From assembly GCA_937927735.1 (NCBI GenBank), contig CALBRZ010000046.1, positions 1,809 through 65,808 of the forward strand: a stretch of 64,000 nucleotides of DNA. Direction: 5' to 3'. The position numbers were made by a program, and so were the translations under genes. The DNA comes from an uncultured Planctomycetales bacterium. GTDB lineage: Bacteria > Planctomycetota > Planctomycetia > Pirellulales > S012-138. This document shows positions 44,538-53,395 of the stretch, piece by piece. Under the pieces are notes generated by a model. It was not told where the DNA came from, did no database searches, and was given only the letters and a program-made list of their open reading frames with translations. The first letter of the stretch is position 1. Every line of letters begins with the position of its first letter.

Positions 44538-45713
44538 GTGGTACGTGCCGTCTGGTCCGCCGTTGCCGGTTTGCTCGCGTTGGCCGCTCCGCTTGCCGCG
44601 GCCCAGCCCAATACGCTCACGGCCGAAGAAATCGCCGACGGCTGGATCCTGCTGTTCGACGGCGAAACGCTCTTTGGCTGGACGCCTACCTCGAAGGCCG
44701 ATTGGAAAGCGGCCGACGGCCTGATCAGCGTCAGCGGCGGCGAGCAGGGCTTTCTGCGGACAACCAGCCAGTTTGGCGACTTCGAGCTGAAGGTCGACTT
44801 CCGCAGCCCCGCAGGCACCAACAGCGGCGTGTTTCTGCGCACCAGCCCCAATCCTAAGGATCCCACGCGCGACTGCTACGAACTGAACATTGCCGACGAA
44901 GGCACCAGCCCGTTCCCGACCGGCAGCTTCGTAGGCCGCCAGAAGGCCGAAGGCAAGCACGACAGCACCGATTGGCAGACCTTCCATGTGAAAGCGGAAG
45001 GCGGCCACTTCACGGTTTCCATCGACGGCCAGCAGGTCCTCGACTACACCGATCCCAAGCCGCTGGGGCGGGGCTACATCAGCCTGCAGTACAACCAGGG
45101 CCCGGTTCAGTTCCGCAATATCAAGCTCAAACCGCTGGGTCTCAAACCGTTGTTCAACGGTAAGGACCTCACCGGCTGGAAGGAATTCCCCGGCAAGGCC
45201 AGCAAGTTCTCCGTTACCGAAAACGGCGAGCTATCGGTGATCGACGGCAACGGCCAACTGGAATCCGAGGCTCAGTTCGCCGACTTCATCCTCCAGATCG
45301 ACGTCAAGACGCAGGGTAAGCACCTCAACTCAGGCATCTTCTTCCGCAGCATCCCCGGCGAGTTCTGGAACGGCTACGAAAGCCAGATCCATAACGGCTA
45401 CGAAGACGACGACCGCACCAAACCGCTGGACTTTGGTACCGGCGGGTTCTATCGCCGCAAGCCGGCCCGCAAGGTGGTGGCCAACGACTTCGAATGGTTC
45501 ACCAAGACGCTGGTCGTGACCGGCAGCCACATGGCCGTGTGGGTCAACGGGTATCAGGTGAGCGATTGGACCGACAGCCGCAAGCCCGATCCCAACCCGC
45601 GCCGCGGCCTGCGTACCGAGCCAGGCACGCTCATCATTCAGGGGCACGATCCGACGACCAACCTGCTGTTTCGCAATATCAAGGCTGCCGAACTGCCGCC
45701 GCGCGGCAAGTAA
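44538..45713 (+). CDS. secreted protein with two DUF1080 (3-keto-disaccharide hydrolase-like) domains
   Basis: GTG start, signal peptide, and two copies of the pattern LFDG/LFNGKDL..GW...GDFEL/ADFIL..D...NSG(V/I)F(L/F)R. Confidence 0.85.
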   Translation: MVRAVWSAVAGLLALAAPLAAAQPNTLTAEEIADGWILLFDGETLFGWTPTSKADWKAADGLISVSGGEQGFLRTTSQFGDFELKVDFRSPAGTNSGVFLRTSPNPKDPTRDCYELNIADEGTSPFPTGSFVGRQKAEGKHDSTDWQTFHVKAEGGHFTVSIDGQQVLDYTDPKPLGRGYISLQYNQGPVQFRNIKLKPLGLKPLFNGKDLTGWKEFPGKASKFSVTENGELSVIDGNGQLESEAQFADFILQIDVKTQGKHLNSGIFFRSIPGEFWNGYESQIHNGYEDDDRTKPLDFGTGGFYRRKPARKVVANDFEWFTKTLVVTGSHMAVWVNGYQVSDWTDSRKPDPNPRRGLRTEPGTLIIQGHDPTTNLLFRNIKAAELPPRGK

Positions 45714-45837
45714 CCGCTTGGCGGCGTAAACCGCCATGTCAGCAGAACCGGCGCACCTTAATTGCCGAGAGCTGTCATCCGCCGCGCGGCGTCTTGAGCC
45801 ATGTTGTGTGGTGTCCATGATCCGTCGGCAAGAGGCG

Positions 45838-46170
45838 CTATCCGCCCAGGACCACACCGCGCTGCTTGGCGACCTTCTCCATCATCACCTGGAAGTACGG
45901 GAAGGGGAAACGCGGGTTGTAGCTGCGGGCCCGGTACGCCAGAGCCAGGACGACGTCGTCCTTCAGCTCGCCTTCGCTCACGGCCTTGATCACCTTGCTG
46001 AGGAAGATCCGTTCCTGCTCCATCCGGACCAGCAGCAGGTATTCAAGCTGTTCGCCCAGCTTGATCAGCTTGGGTGGAATCTCCGGATCCTGGGCAGCCA
46101 GCGGCGCGTGGCTCCCGGCAACCAGGCAGCAGACGGCGGCCAGCAATAGCCATCGCAGCGGTTTCATCAC
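45838..46170 (-). CDS. hypothetical small secreted protein
   Basis: 110 aa with signal peptide MMKPLRWLLLAAVCCLVAGS. Lies 28 nt downstream of the DUF11 gene on the same strand. No family recognised. Confidence 0.6.
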   Translation of the reverse strand: MMKPLRWLLLAAVCCLVAGSHAPLAAQDPEIPPKLIKLGEQLEYLLLVRMEQERIFLSKVIKAVSEGELKDDVVLALAYRARSYNPRFPFPYFQVMMEKVAKQRGVVLGG

Positions 46171-46197
46171 GATCTCACTCCTGCCAACAATGCGAGG

Positions 46198-48576
46198 CTA
46201 CTGGTCCAGGTACACCCGGGTGCTTTCTTCCTTGGTGACCGGCAGTTCCATTTCCGCGGTCTTCAACTGCACCTCGGTCCGCAGGTCGCCCGGCCGTTCG
46301 CCACGCACCCGCACGCGGTAGGTGGTATCAGCTCGCGGCGCCAAAGCTCCCAGCGGCTCGAAGAACACCTTGTTGCCCTGGATGCGCCCTTGCGTGGGAC
46401 CATCGGCCGAAAGCGGTTTCAACTCCGGCGGCAACGTGACCATCAGCTCGACGTGCGTGGCTGTCTTGGAACCCTGGTTGACCACCCGAATCTCGTACGA
46501 CGTTTCCGCGCCCACTTCGACCGGGTCGGCCACATCGAGCACCTGGAACAGAATGGCCGAGACGCCTTCGACCGTCACCGTTTGTTCGTTACGTGCCGAC
46601 AGGTCGTGCTCGGCGCGGCTCTCCACGGCCAGCATGTGCTGCCCGGTTTCCACAGGCAGCAGGTTCAACGTAACCACGCCGCGCTGATTGGCCGGCAGTT
46701 CCTCAAGCGACCAGTACACGGCACCGGTCTGCGGATCGTACTCGCCGTAGTTGTCGGCGTTGATGAACTTGAAGCCCTTGGGGATGTAGGTCACCAGGCT
46801 CACGTCGCGGGCAGGCGCGGTACCGGGGTTGGCAACCTCGATCGTGTAGGTGGCCTGCCGTTCCAGATACCGTTTCTTGGGACCGCTCAGCACCACTTCC
46901 AGCGCCGGCGAAACAACCTCGATCTGGGCCCGGCCTTCGGCTCGCAGCGTGCCGTCAGCCCGGGCGTGCAACACGTTGGTCACCTGGCCCGCCTTGGTCG
47001 CCCGCAGCGTCAGCTCCAGCTCGCGCGACTCGTTGGGCATGAGCGTACCGACTTCGTACTCGAGCACGCCGCCGGCCGCATGTTGCAAGCCGGGCGGAAC
47101 ATGCTCGCTGAGCACCACACCGGTGGCCGGGCCGGTACCGGGGTTCGAGACGCGAATCTTGAACGTCACGTCGTTGCCGATCATCACCTGGCTGGGCGCC
47201 TCGATGTCAATCCGCAGCTCGGGCCGCGTCGCCAGGCTGCGGGCGGAAGCCTCGGCCGCATAGGTCACCGTGGCCACCGAACCGATTTCGCCTTCGGTGG
47301 TGGGCATCAATTCCATCTTCACGACGCGTTCATCGTCGGGCCGCAAAACATCGAGCGTCCAGAGCAACTCGCCCTGCGGCAGCACCTGGGCCGGCGGCGT
47401 CGCGCCGATGAACTGGGTGCCCTTGGGCACGAAGTCGCGCACCTGCACATTGCGGACCGTTGACTTGCCGACGTTGCGAACCAGGATTTCGAATACGGCC
47501 GGCTTGCCAACCTGAACCTCGGCCGGAGCCAGCTTTTGAATCTGAATGGCCGGAATCTGGGCGCCTTCCAGGGCCCGATCGCCCGGGCGGCCCGTCCCCT
47601 CGATCACGGTGCTACCGGGAGCGTACGCGCTATCGCCCGCCGCGATGGGCATCGGGCCGCGTCCAGCGCCCACGGCCGGTTCACCTGCCGAGCCGGGGAA
47701 CGGCGCCGGTTCCGTACGGCTGGCGCCATGCAGTGGCACTCGTCCCGCGCCGGCATCCGTAGGCCCATGACTGCCAAAGCCGAGCGGAGCCTGCGGATCC
47801 GTCATCGCTTGAGGCCCGGCCGGATACTCCAGTTCCTGCGGCTGGGCCGGCGTGGGGCGCAGTTCGTTTTCCATGCCTTGCGGGGCGAAGTCGCGGGCAG
47901 GCTGACCGCGGTCGGCGTCAAACGCCACTTCGGGTTGAGCCGCCTGCGGCTGGAATCGATCGCGGTAACGATCTGCCGCTTCGGCGGCCGGTTCCACATC
48001 GCTCGCAGCCGGCATCCGTTCATTGCCGCCAGCCGGAGTCGGTGTCGAGCGCTCGAATGGATCGGCCACCGCCGGAGCCGCATAGCGAGACGCGCCGGCC
48101 GACGCATCGGCCGTACGCGCTACGGGGCGATCGTAATCGTCTTGGGCAACATCACCCGCCGGACGTGTGCTAAGGGAGCTGCGTGCCCTGGCTGCCGCGA
48201 ACGGATCCGCATTGCCGGCCGGCGTGCTGCGCAGCGCCGAACGGGTGCCGTCCGTGGCCGTGTCGTCTTGTTGTTGATGCGAAATCAGCCGAGTCGAAGG
48301 GAAGGGGTCGCGCGCCGCCGGGTAGTTGTTCTCGGGCGGCAAGCGGCGTGGCTCGTCCAGCACCTGCGCGCGGTTGCGCTCCTTCACCGGCGGTGCGCCG
48401 GCAAATGGATCGGCAGGGCCAACCAGGTGGCTTTCGGCCCCCTGGAACGGGTCGAACTGCGGGTCCTCGCCGGCCTTCGGCGTCGCGGCGCTACCCCGCT
48501 GCGATTGCGCAAAGGCGATCACACCTGCTGCTACCAGGATGCCCAGGGCAAATAGCCGAACCAGAAACCGCTTCAT
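46198..48576 (-). CDS. DUF11 (conserved repeat domain) surface/secreted protein with disordered N-terminal region
   Basis: ATG 48576 gives signal peptide MKRFLVRLFALGILVAAGVIAFA. About 300 aa of disordered sequence with DPF motifs follow, then repeated Ig-like DUF11 modules (V.N.G...A..V.L...P). Confidence 0.8.
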   Translation of the reverse strand: MKRFLVRLFALGILVAAGVIAFAQSQRGSAATPKAGEDPQFDPFQGAESHLVGPADPFAGAPPVKERNRAQVLDEPRRLPPENNYPAARDPFPSTRLISHQQQDDTATDGTRSALRSTPAGNADPFAAARARSSLSTRPAGDVAQDDYDRPVARTADASAGASRYAAPAVADPFERSTPTPAGGNERMPAASDVEPAAEAADRYRDRFQPQAAQPEVAFDADRGQPARDFAPQGMENELRPTPAQPQELEYPAGPQAMTDPQAPLGFGSHGPTDAGAGRVPLHGASRTEPAPFPGSAGEPAVGAGRGPMPIAAGDSAYAPGSTVIEGTGRPGDRALEGAQIPAIQIQKLAPAEVQVGKPAVFEILVRNVGKSTVRNVQVRDFVPKGTQFIGATPPAQVLPQGELLWTLDVLRPDDERVVKMELMPTTEGEIGSVATVTYAAEASARSLATRPELRIDIEAPSQVMIGNDVTFKIRVSNPGTGPATGVVLSEHVPPGLQHAAGGVLEYEVGTLMPNESRELELTLRATKAGQVTNVLHARADGTLRAEGRAQIEVVSPALEVVLSGPKKRYLERQATYTIEVANPGTAPARDVSLVTYIPKGFKFINADNYGEYDPQTGAVYWSLEELPANQRGVVTLNLLPVETGQHMLAVESRAEHDLSARNEQTVTVEGVSAILFQVLDVADPVEVGAETSYEIRVVNQGSKTATHVELMVTLPPELKPLSADGPTQGRIQGNKVFFEPLGALAPRADTTYRVRVRGERPGDLRTEVQLKTAEMELPVTKEESTRVYLDQ

Positions 48577-49006
48577 TGATGTTCTCCCGCCGATCATGCA
48601 GTGCAGGGCGGAAACGGAACCATCGAGAGGGGGAACGCTGGCTGCGCGGAATCTCCGTCTTCCAGCGTGGGGGGCTTCATTAACAAAAACCACGCCACGA
48701 CAAAAGGCCGGAATGCCACGGCTCCCGCCCATTCCACCGCAAAAGCCACCTCAACGGTGTGGATGCAGCAAAGCCTGTGGATATGTAATGCGGTCCAAAG
48801 AAGTAATGTCTTAGCCGGGAACGCTGTCCCCGCCGATTGCCAGCACCGCTAGCCACGGCAACGTTTCACCGAGAGCCGACCCCAAAAACGTTGCGAAACG
48901 GCCTGTCGGCCGTCCATGATTGGGGCGCGCGCCGGTGCATGGCCCGGCTTGCTCTTGGCTACGCCGCGCAAGCTCTCACCCCATCCAATAAGCCCAGTAT
49001 GTTGCT

Positions 49007-50449
49007 ATGACGCCCTGCGATTCCCCCCAGCCGCTTCGCCGACCGCATCGGCTCATCGGAAACCTCTTAGCCATTGCTGCCTGGTTCGCCTGCGGCGGCC
49101 TCGCCTGGAATACGCCCGTCGTGGCCGACGAGGGCGGCAACCAGCGGCCCAACATCATCCTGATCATGGCCGACGACTTGGGCATCGAAGGGCTAAGCTG
49201 CTATGGCAGCCGCAGCTATCGCACGCCGAACCTGGATCGCCTGGCGGCATCGGGCTTGCGGTTTACCCATGCCTACTCGCAGCCGCTGTGCACGCCTACC
49301 CGGCTGCAAGTGATGACCGGCAAGTACAACCACCGCAATTGGATCTGCTTTGGCATCCTCGACCCGGCCGAAAAGACGTTCGGCCACCTGATGAGCGCGG
49401 CGGGCTACCGCACCTGCATCGCCGGCAAATGACAATTGCAGTCGTACGATCCGCCCGACTATCCCGGAGCCGCCAAGCGACGCGGTATCGGCATGCACCC
49501 CCGCGACGCCGGCTTTGATGAGTACTCGCTGTTTCACGCCCTGCACACCGAAGACAAGGGCTCGCGGTACGCCAACCCGACCTTCCTTCGCAACGGCACA
49601 CTGCACCGCGACGTGACCGGCAAGTACGGCGAGGACCTGAACGTGGATTTCATCGCCGACTTCATGCGGCGGCATCGCGATGAGCCGATGTTCATCTACT
49701 ACCCTATGGCGCTACCCCACTGGCCGATGGTGCCGACGCCGCGTTCGGCGGTTTGGGCGGATCCTGCACGTCGGCTGGAAGAAAGCACCGAGTACTTCCC
49801 CGACATGGTCGAGTACATGGACGAGCTCGTCGGCCGGTTGGTAGGCCACGTCGATGCCCTGGGCCTTCGGAAGCGGACGCTCATCTTGTTCTACAGCGAT
49901 AACGGCACCGACCGCCGCATCATTTCCAAGCTGGGTGACCAGCAAGTGACCGGCGGCAAGAACCAGCCCACGCAAAACGGCATCCGCGTGCCGCTGATTG
50001 CCTCGTGGCCGGGCAGAATCAAGCCGGGCACGTGCGACGACCTGGTCGATTCGTCCGACTTCCTGCCGACCATCGCCCAGGTGGCCGGCGTGACGATCCC
50101 CAGTTCCTGGCATGTCGACGGCCGCAGCTTCGCCGGCTCGATGCTCAAGGAGTTTCCGCACCAGCCGCGTGAGTGGTGTTTCTTCTGGTATGATCCGCGG
50201 CCCGGCTGGGACAAGGAGAAGCTCACGCGGCATATCTTCGCCTTGGATCACGATTACAAACTGTATAGCGACGGGCGGTTGTTCCGCATCACCGGGGTAG
50301 GGGTCGATGAAACGCCCGTGCCCGACGCCGCTTCGCCGGGTGCCGCCGCGGCACGCCGAAAACTGCAGCAGGTCATCGACCGCATGATGCAGCCGCCGCT
50401 CTCGCAGGCGGCCCTGACCGATGCCGCCGAGTTCGGAAAGCCCGAGTAG
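49007..50449 (+). pseudogene. formylglycine-type sulfatase interrupted by one in-frame TGA
   Basis: The track ORFs 49007..49432 and 49436..50449 are in the same frame. Sulfatase motifs are [12 protein letters not shown] and the FGly site [17 protein letters not shown] at 49430..49432 sits where the conserved GKW(H/Q)L Trp codon (TGG) is expected (IAGK*QLQ). Confidence 0.8.
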
Positions 50450-50634
50450 CGATTTCTCGCAGCAAGCCGCAAGGTCGCCCCCCTTCGAACCGTTCCGAAG
50501 GAATCAACTTTTTCGGACCACCCGACCGCGGCGGATTATAATGGCAGCTTGTTCCTGCCCCCCGCGGCATACCGGTTTTCAACCGTGGGGCCGTCAGACC
50601 TGGTAACTCATGAATCGACATCTTTGAGGTGCTC

Positions 50635-51552
50635 ATGCGGATCTGGATTACAGGTTTCGTTGTTCTCGCAGGGTTGGTTGCCGCGCAGCCCGTCGTAACC
50701 ACGCGTACCGCGGCTCAAGAAACGGACACCGCCCCCAAGCCGCGAACGCTCGTCACGTTCTCCGCCATGGGCGACATTCCCTACGATCCGTATGAGGATG
50801 AGATCCTCAAGAAGCAGGTCGCCGAGTTGCCGGAAGAAGCCGAGTTCGTGATCCACGTTGGCGACATCAAACGAGGCCAATCAGTGCCGTGCGAAGAACC
50901 GGTGTACGCCAAGGTGGCCGGCATGCTGGCGGCCTCGACCAAGCCGGTGCTCATCATTCCCGGAGACAACGAGTGGAACGACTGCTTGGATCCCGAGCTG
51001 GGCTGGAAGAACTGGACCAAGCACTTCATGCGGTTTGATGAGCGCTGGCCGCAGCGGTTACGGGTGTTCCGGCAATTGGAGCGTGAAGAAAACTTTGCCT
51101 TCGTGCGGAATGGGGTGCTGTTCATCGGCATCAACATTGTCGGCGGCCGCGTTCACGACGCAGAAGAATGGCAGCGCCGGTTGACCGAAGACCTGATCTG
51201 GGTCCGCCGCAACCTGGAGCGGTTCGGCAACGAAGTCAGCTCGGTGGTCGTGTTTGGCCACGCGACGCCCACCGCCAAGCACGAGGCGTTCTTTACCGGC
51301 TTCGTGGAAGAAGCCCAGAAGTTCGGCCAGCCGGTGCTGTACCTGCACGGCGATGGCCATCGCTGGAAGCATGACCGGCCGTTCGCGGCCAAGAACATTT
51401 TGCGGGTTGAAGTGGATCAGGGCGCCATCGCGGCCCCCGTGACGGTCACCGTGACCGACGATCCGCAAAACCCGTTCAACTTCGACCGCCGCTTGCACCT
51501 CGCGCCGCAGCAGCCGGAGAACCAGTCGTCGCCTACCCCGGCTGCGAAATAG
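50635..51552 (+). CDS. calcineurin-like metallophosphoesterase, secreted
   Basis: Signal peptide and metallophosphoesterase motifs GDIPYD, HVGDI and GDNEWND. ATG 50635 lies two codons after the track GTG at 50629. Confidence 0.85.
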   Translation: MRIWITGFVVLAGLVAAQPVVTTRTAAQETDTAPKPRTLVTFSAMGDIPYDPYEDEILKKQVAELPEEAEFVIHVGDIKRGQSVPCEEPVYAKVAGMLAASTKPVLIIPGDNEWNDCLDPELGWKNWTKHFMRFDERWPQRLRVFRQLEREENFAFVRNGVLFIGINIVGGRVHDAEEWQRRLTEDLIWVRRNLERFGNEVSSVVVFGHATPTAKHEAFFTGFVEEAQKFGQPVLYLHGDGHRWKHDRPFAAKNILRVEVDQGAIAAPVTVTVTDDPQNPFNFDRRLHLAPQQPENQSSPTPAAK

Positions 51553-51567
51553 GCTTCGTCCGTAGAT

Positions 51568-51625
51568 GAAAAACAAAACCGGCGACGGAAGCAGCGTGAA
51601 AACGCTTCCGTCGCCGGTTGTTTTT
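51568..51625. terminator. bidirectional intrinsic terminator between convergent genes
   Basis: Perfect 16-bp stem AACCGGCGACGGAAGC / GCTTCCGTCGCCGGTT (51577..51592 and 51604..51619), flanked by an A-rich run upstream and GTTTTT downstream. Confidence 0.8.
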
Positions 51626-51656
51626 GGGAGTCAGCCGGCAAGCGGCAACGACCAAC

Positions 51657-52694
51657 TTACGCCATGGCCGTGGCGGTGCTGCCCAGCGTGCGGCCAACGG
51701 CGTCGGCCACGCGGCGGGCAGTTTCCATGGCCGCGGCGAACTGCTCGAAGTTCAGCGATTGGTAACCGTCGCTCAGGGCCGTTTCCGGCGTCGGATGCAC
51801 TTCGATGATCAAGCCGTCGGCCCCGGCGGCCACGCTGGCGGCGATCATGTCGGGGATCAGGTAGGTATGGCCGGTGCCGTGGCTGGGATCGACCACCACC
51901 GGCAGGTGCGTCTTGGCGTGCAGGTACGGCACCGAAGCCAGCGGCAGCGTGAACCGCGTGTGCGACTCGTAGGTGCGGATGCCGCGTTCGCACAGCATCA
52001 CGTTGGGATTGCCGGCATCGAGAATGTACTCGGCGGCCAGCAGCAATTCGTCCATGGTGGCGCTGGGACCGCGTTTCAGCAGCACCGGGCGCCGCGTCTC
52101 GCCTACGGCCGCCAGCAACCGGTAGTTCTGCATGTTCCGGGCACCGATCTGCAGCACGTCGGCGTACTCGGCCACCAGCTCCACGTCCTCACTGGCGACC
52201 ACTTCGGTGACGACGGCCAGGCCGGTCGCCTCGCGAGCCGCGGCCAGCAGCTTCAGGCCTTCTTCCTTCAACCCCTGGAAGCTGTAGGGGCTGGTGCGAG
52301 GCTTGAAGGCGCCGCCCCGCAAGGCCGTGGCACCGGCGGCCCGCACCGCCTCGGCCGTGGCCAGAAGCTGTTCTTCGTTCTCGACCGAACAGGGGCCGGC
52401 GATCACGCCCACCCGGCCGCCGCCCACCGTCAGGCTGCCGGCGGTAATCACGGTCGGCTCGGACTTGACCTCACGGCTGGCCACCTTGTAGGGCGCCAGG
52501 ATCGGCATCACTTGGGCGACGCCGGGGCAGTTCTCCAGCGCTTCCTTATAGGCTTCGCGCTTCTCGCCAATCGCCGCAACAACCGTCCGCTCCGTGCCCT
52601 CGATCACGTGCGGCTTCAGCCCGAAGCTCGCCACGCGCTCGACCACATGCTTGATTTCTTCCTTCGAGGCACCTTTGTTCATCACGACGATCAT
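51657..52694 (-). CDS. aroF: 3-deoxy-7-phosphoheptulonate (DAHP) synthase, type I-beta with N-terminal ferredoxin-like regulatory domain
   Basis: ATG 52694 preceded by AGGAG. An N-terminal domain of about 70 aa ([21 protein letters not shown]...) precedes the core [15 protein letters not shown]...[16 protein letters not shown]. The track start 52796 is a TTG extension. Confidence 0.92.
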   Translation of the reverse strand: MIVVMNKGASKEEIKHVVERVASFGLKPHVIEGTERTVVAAIGEKREAYKEALENCPGVAQVMPILAPYKVASREVKSEPTVITAGSLTVGGGRVGVIAGPCSVENEEQLLATAEAVRAAGATALRGGAFKPRTSPYSFQGLKEEGLKLLAAAREATGLAVVTEVVASEDVELVAEYADVLQIGARNMQNYRLLAAVGETRRPVLLKRGPSATMDELLLAAEYILDAGNPNVMLCERGIRTYESHTRFTLPLASVPYLHAKTHLPVVVDPSHGTGHTYLIPDMIAASVAAGADGLIIEVHPTPETALSDGYQSLNFEQFAAAMETARRVADAVGRTLGSTATAMA

Positions 52695-52819
52695 GGAGTG
52701 AGGCTCCTGGTGGCAGGGCAGGGGGGCGATCGGCGAGCCGAGACTACGGGGCAGGCGCCGGCGATCCTGCGGCGGGGATGTTACGGTGATGCTCAATGGA
52801 AAATCTCTGCAACTGCAAC

Positions 52820-52856
52820 AAAAAAAGCCCCGAGGTCCTTTTCCGGGCCTCGGGGC
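52820..52856 (-). terminator. intrinsic terminator 126 nt upstream of aroF (candidate attenuator terminator)
   Basis: Minus-strand GCCCCGAGG (52856..52848) pairs with CCUCGGGGC (52835..52827) as a 9-bp GC-rich stem. Seven U follow immediately (52826..52820). Confidence 0.75.
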
Positions 52857-52885
52857 TATGGTTTGCGTTTATGCAGGAGGCAGAC

Positions 52886-52957
52886 TTAGCGACCTCCTCC
52901 AAGCCCGGGGCCAGGAGGGCTAAAGTAAAACCAGTAATAGGTCGCAAAGGTTGCCAT
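52886..52957 (-). CDS. candidate aromatic-rich leader peptide (23 aa, MATFATYYWFYFSPPGPGLGGGR)
   Basis: ATG 52957..52955 and TAA 52888..52886. Codons 7-12 are TAT TAC TGG TTT TAC TTT. The ORF ends 30 nt upstream of the terminator hairpin that precedes aroF. Confidence 0.5.
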   Translation of the reverse strand: MATFATYYWFYFSPPGPGLGGGR

Positions 52958-52963
52958 GCTTCG

Positions 52964-52992
52964 ATTCTGCGCTTCACACGGCGGCGATTCAA
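52964..52992 (-). promoter_or_regulatory. sigma-70-like promoter candidate TTGAAT-N17-CAGAAT for the leader transcript
   Basis: -35 TTGAAT at 52992..52987 and -10 CAGAAT at 52969..52964. The predicted start falls at or next to the leader AUG, giving a leaderless or near-leaderless transcript. Confidence 0.3.
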
Positions 52993-53068
52993 GAGCGAAG
53001 TTTTGCTTTTTCCGCGGCTTGTCCTGGTGCAGTCGCCCCGTCCGCCTGCCGGTCGACACTGCCAGCGT

Positions 53069-53236
53069 TCAATCGCACCGGCTGCAAGAGTGAACCGTAA
53101 AGCAGGTGTCACACAGGTGGAACACCAGTTGCACCCAGCGGTTGAAGCTGCCGTTGCTCTGGTTGACCGTCTCCAGCGTTTCAATCATCGGCAAACCGAC
53201 CGGCGGATCATTGCAGACCGCCGCTAGAATCTTCAT
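53069..53236 (-). CDS. hypothetical small Cys-rich protein (55 aa, C-terminal CxxC-x5-CxxC)
   Basis: The ORF reads MKILAAVCNDPPVGLPMIETLETVNQSNGSFNRWVQLVFHLCDTCFTVHSCSRCD. Third codon positions are mostly G/C, like the neighbouring genes. No family recognised. An alternative start at the internal ATG (MIETL) is possible. Confidence 0.4.
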   Translation of the reverse strand: MKILAAVCNDPPVGLPMIETLETVNQSNGSFNRWVQLVFHLCDTCFTVHSCSRCD

Positions 53237-53395
53237 CAGCACCCGAGGTTTCTCCCCCGCGGAGCGAGGGCAGGCCGGGAAGGGTGGTTCCTGCGTTCCT
53301 GCTTTCGCTAGCCGCGGATCGCCGCAATTCAACTGCCAGATGCGCAATAGCGGCTGATGGCAACTGCAACCTGATCGAGCACCGCGGGCGGAAGT

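Noticed and set aside
49430-49432. TGA as a programmed recoding site (selenocysteine or a code-4-like Trp reassignment)
   Set aside because: The homologous position in sulfatases is Trp, not Cys/Sec. I saw no SECIS-like hairpin immediately downstream. TGA terminates other well-supported genes in this window (actA, the SBP-like gene, the DUF1559 gene). A point mutation or a sequencing error is the simpler explanation.
52861-53350. Possible structured housekeeping RNA (tmRNA, RNase P RNA, 6S) ending at the strong minus-strand terminator
   Set aside because: I reverse-complemented the region and looked for GGAAAGUCCGG-type RNase P elements, a tRNA-like GGUUCGAAUCC T-arm with a CCA end, and a tag ORF ending in Ala-Ala-stop. 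None is present. The region is better explained by a small ORF plus the aromatic leader and terminator. An Infernal/Rfam scan would settle this.
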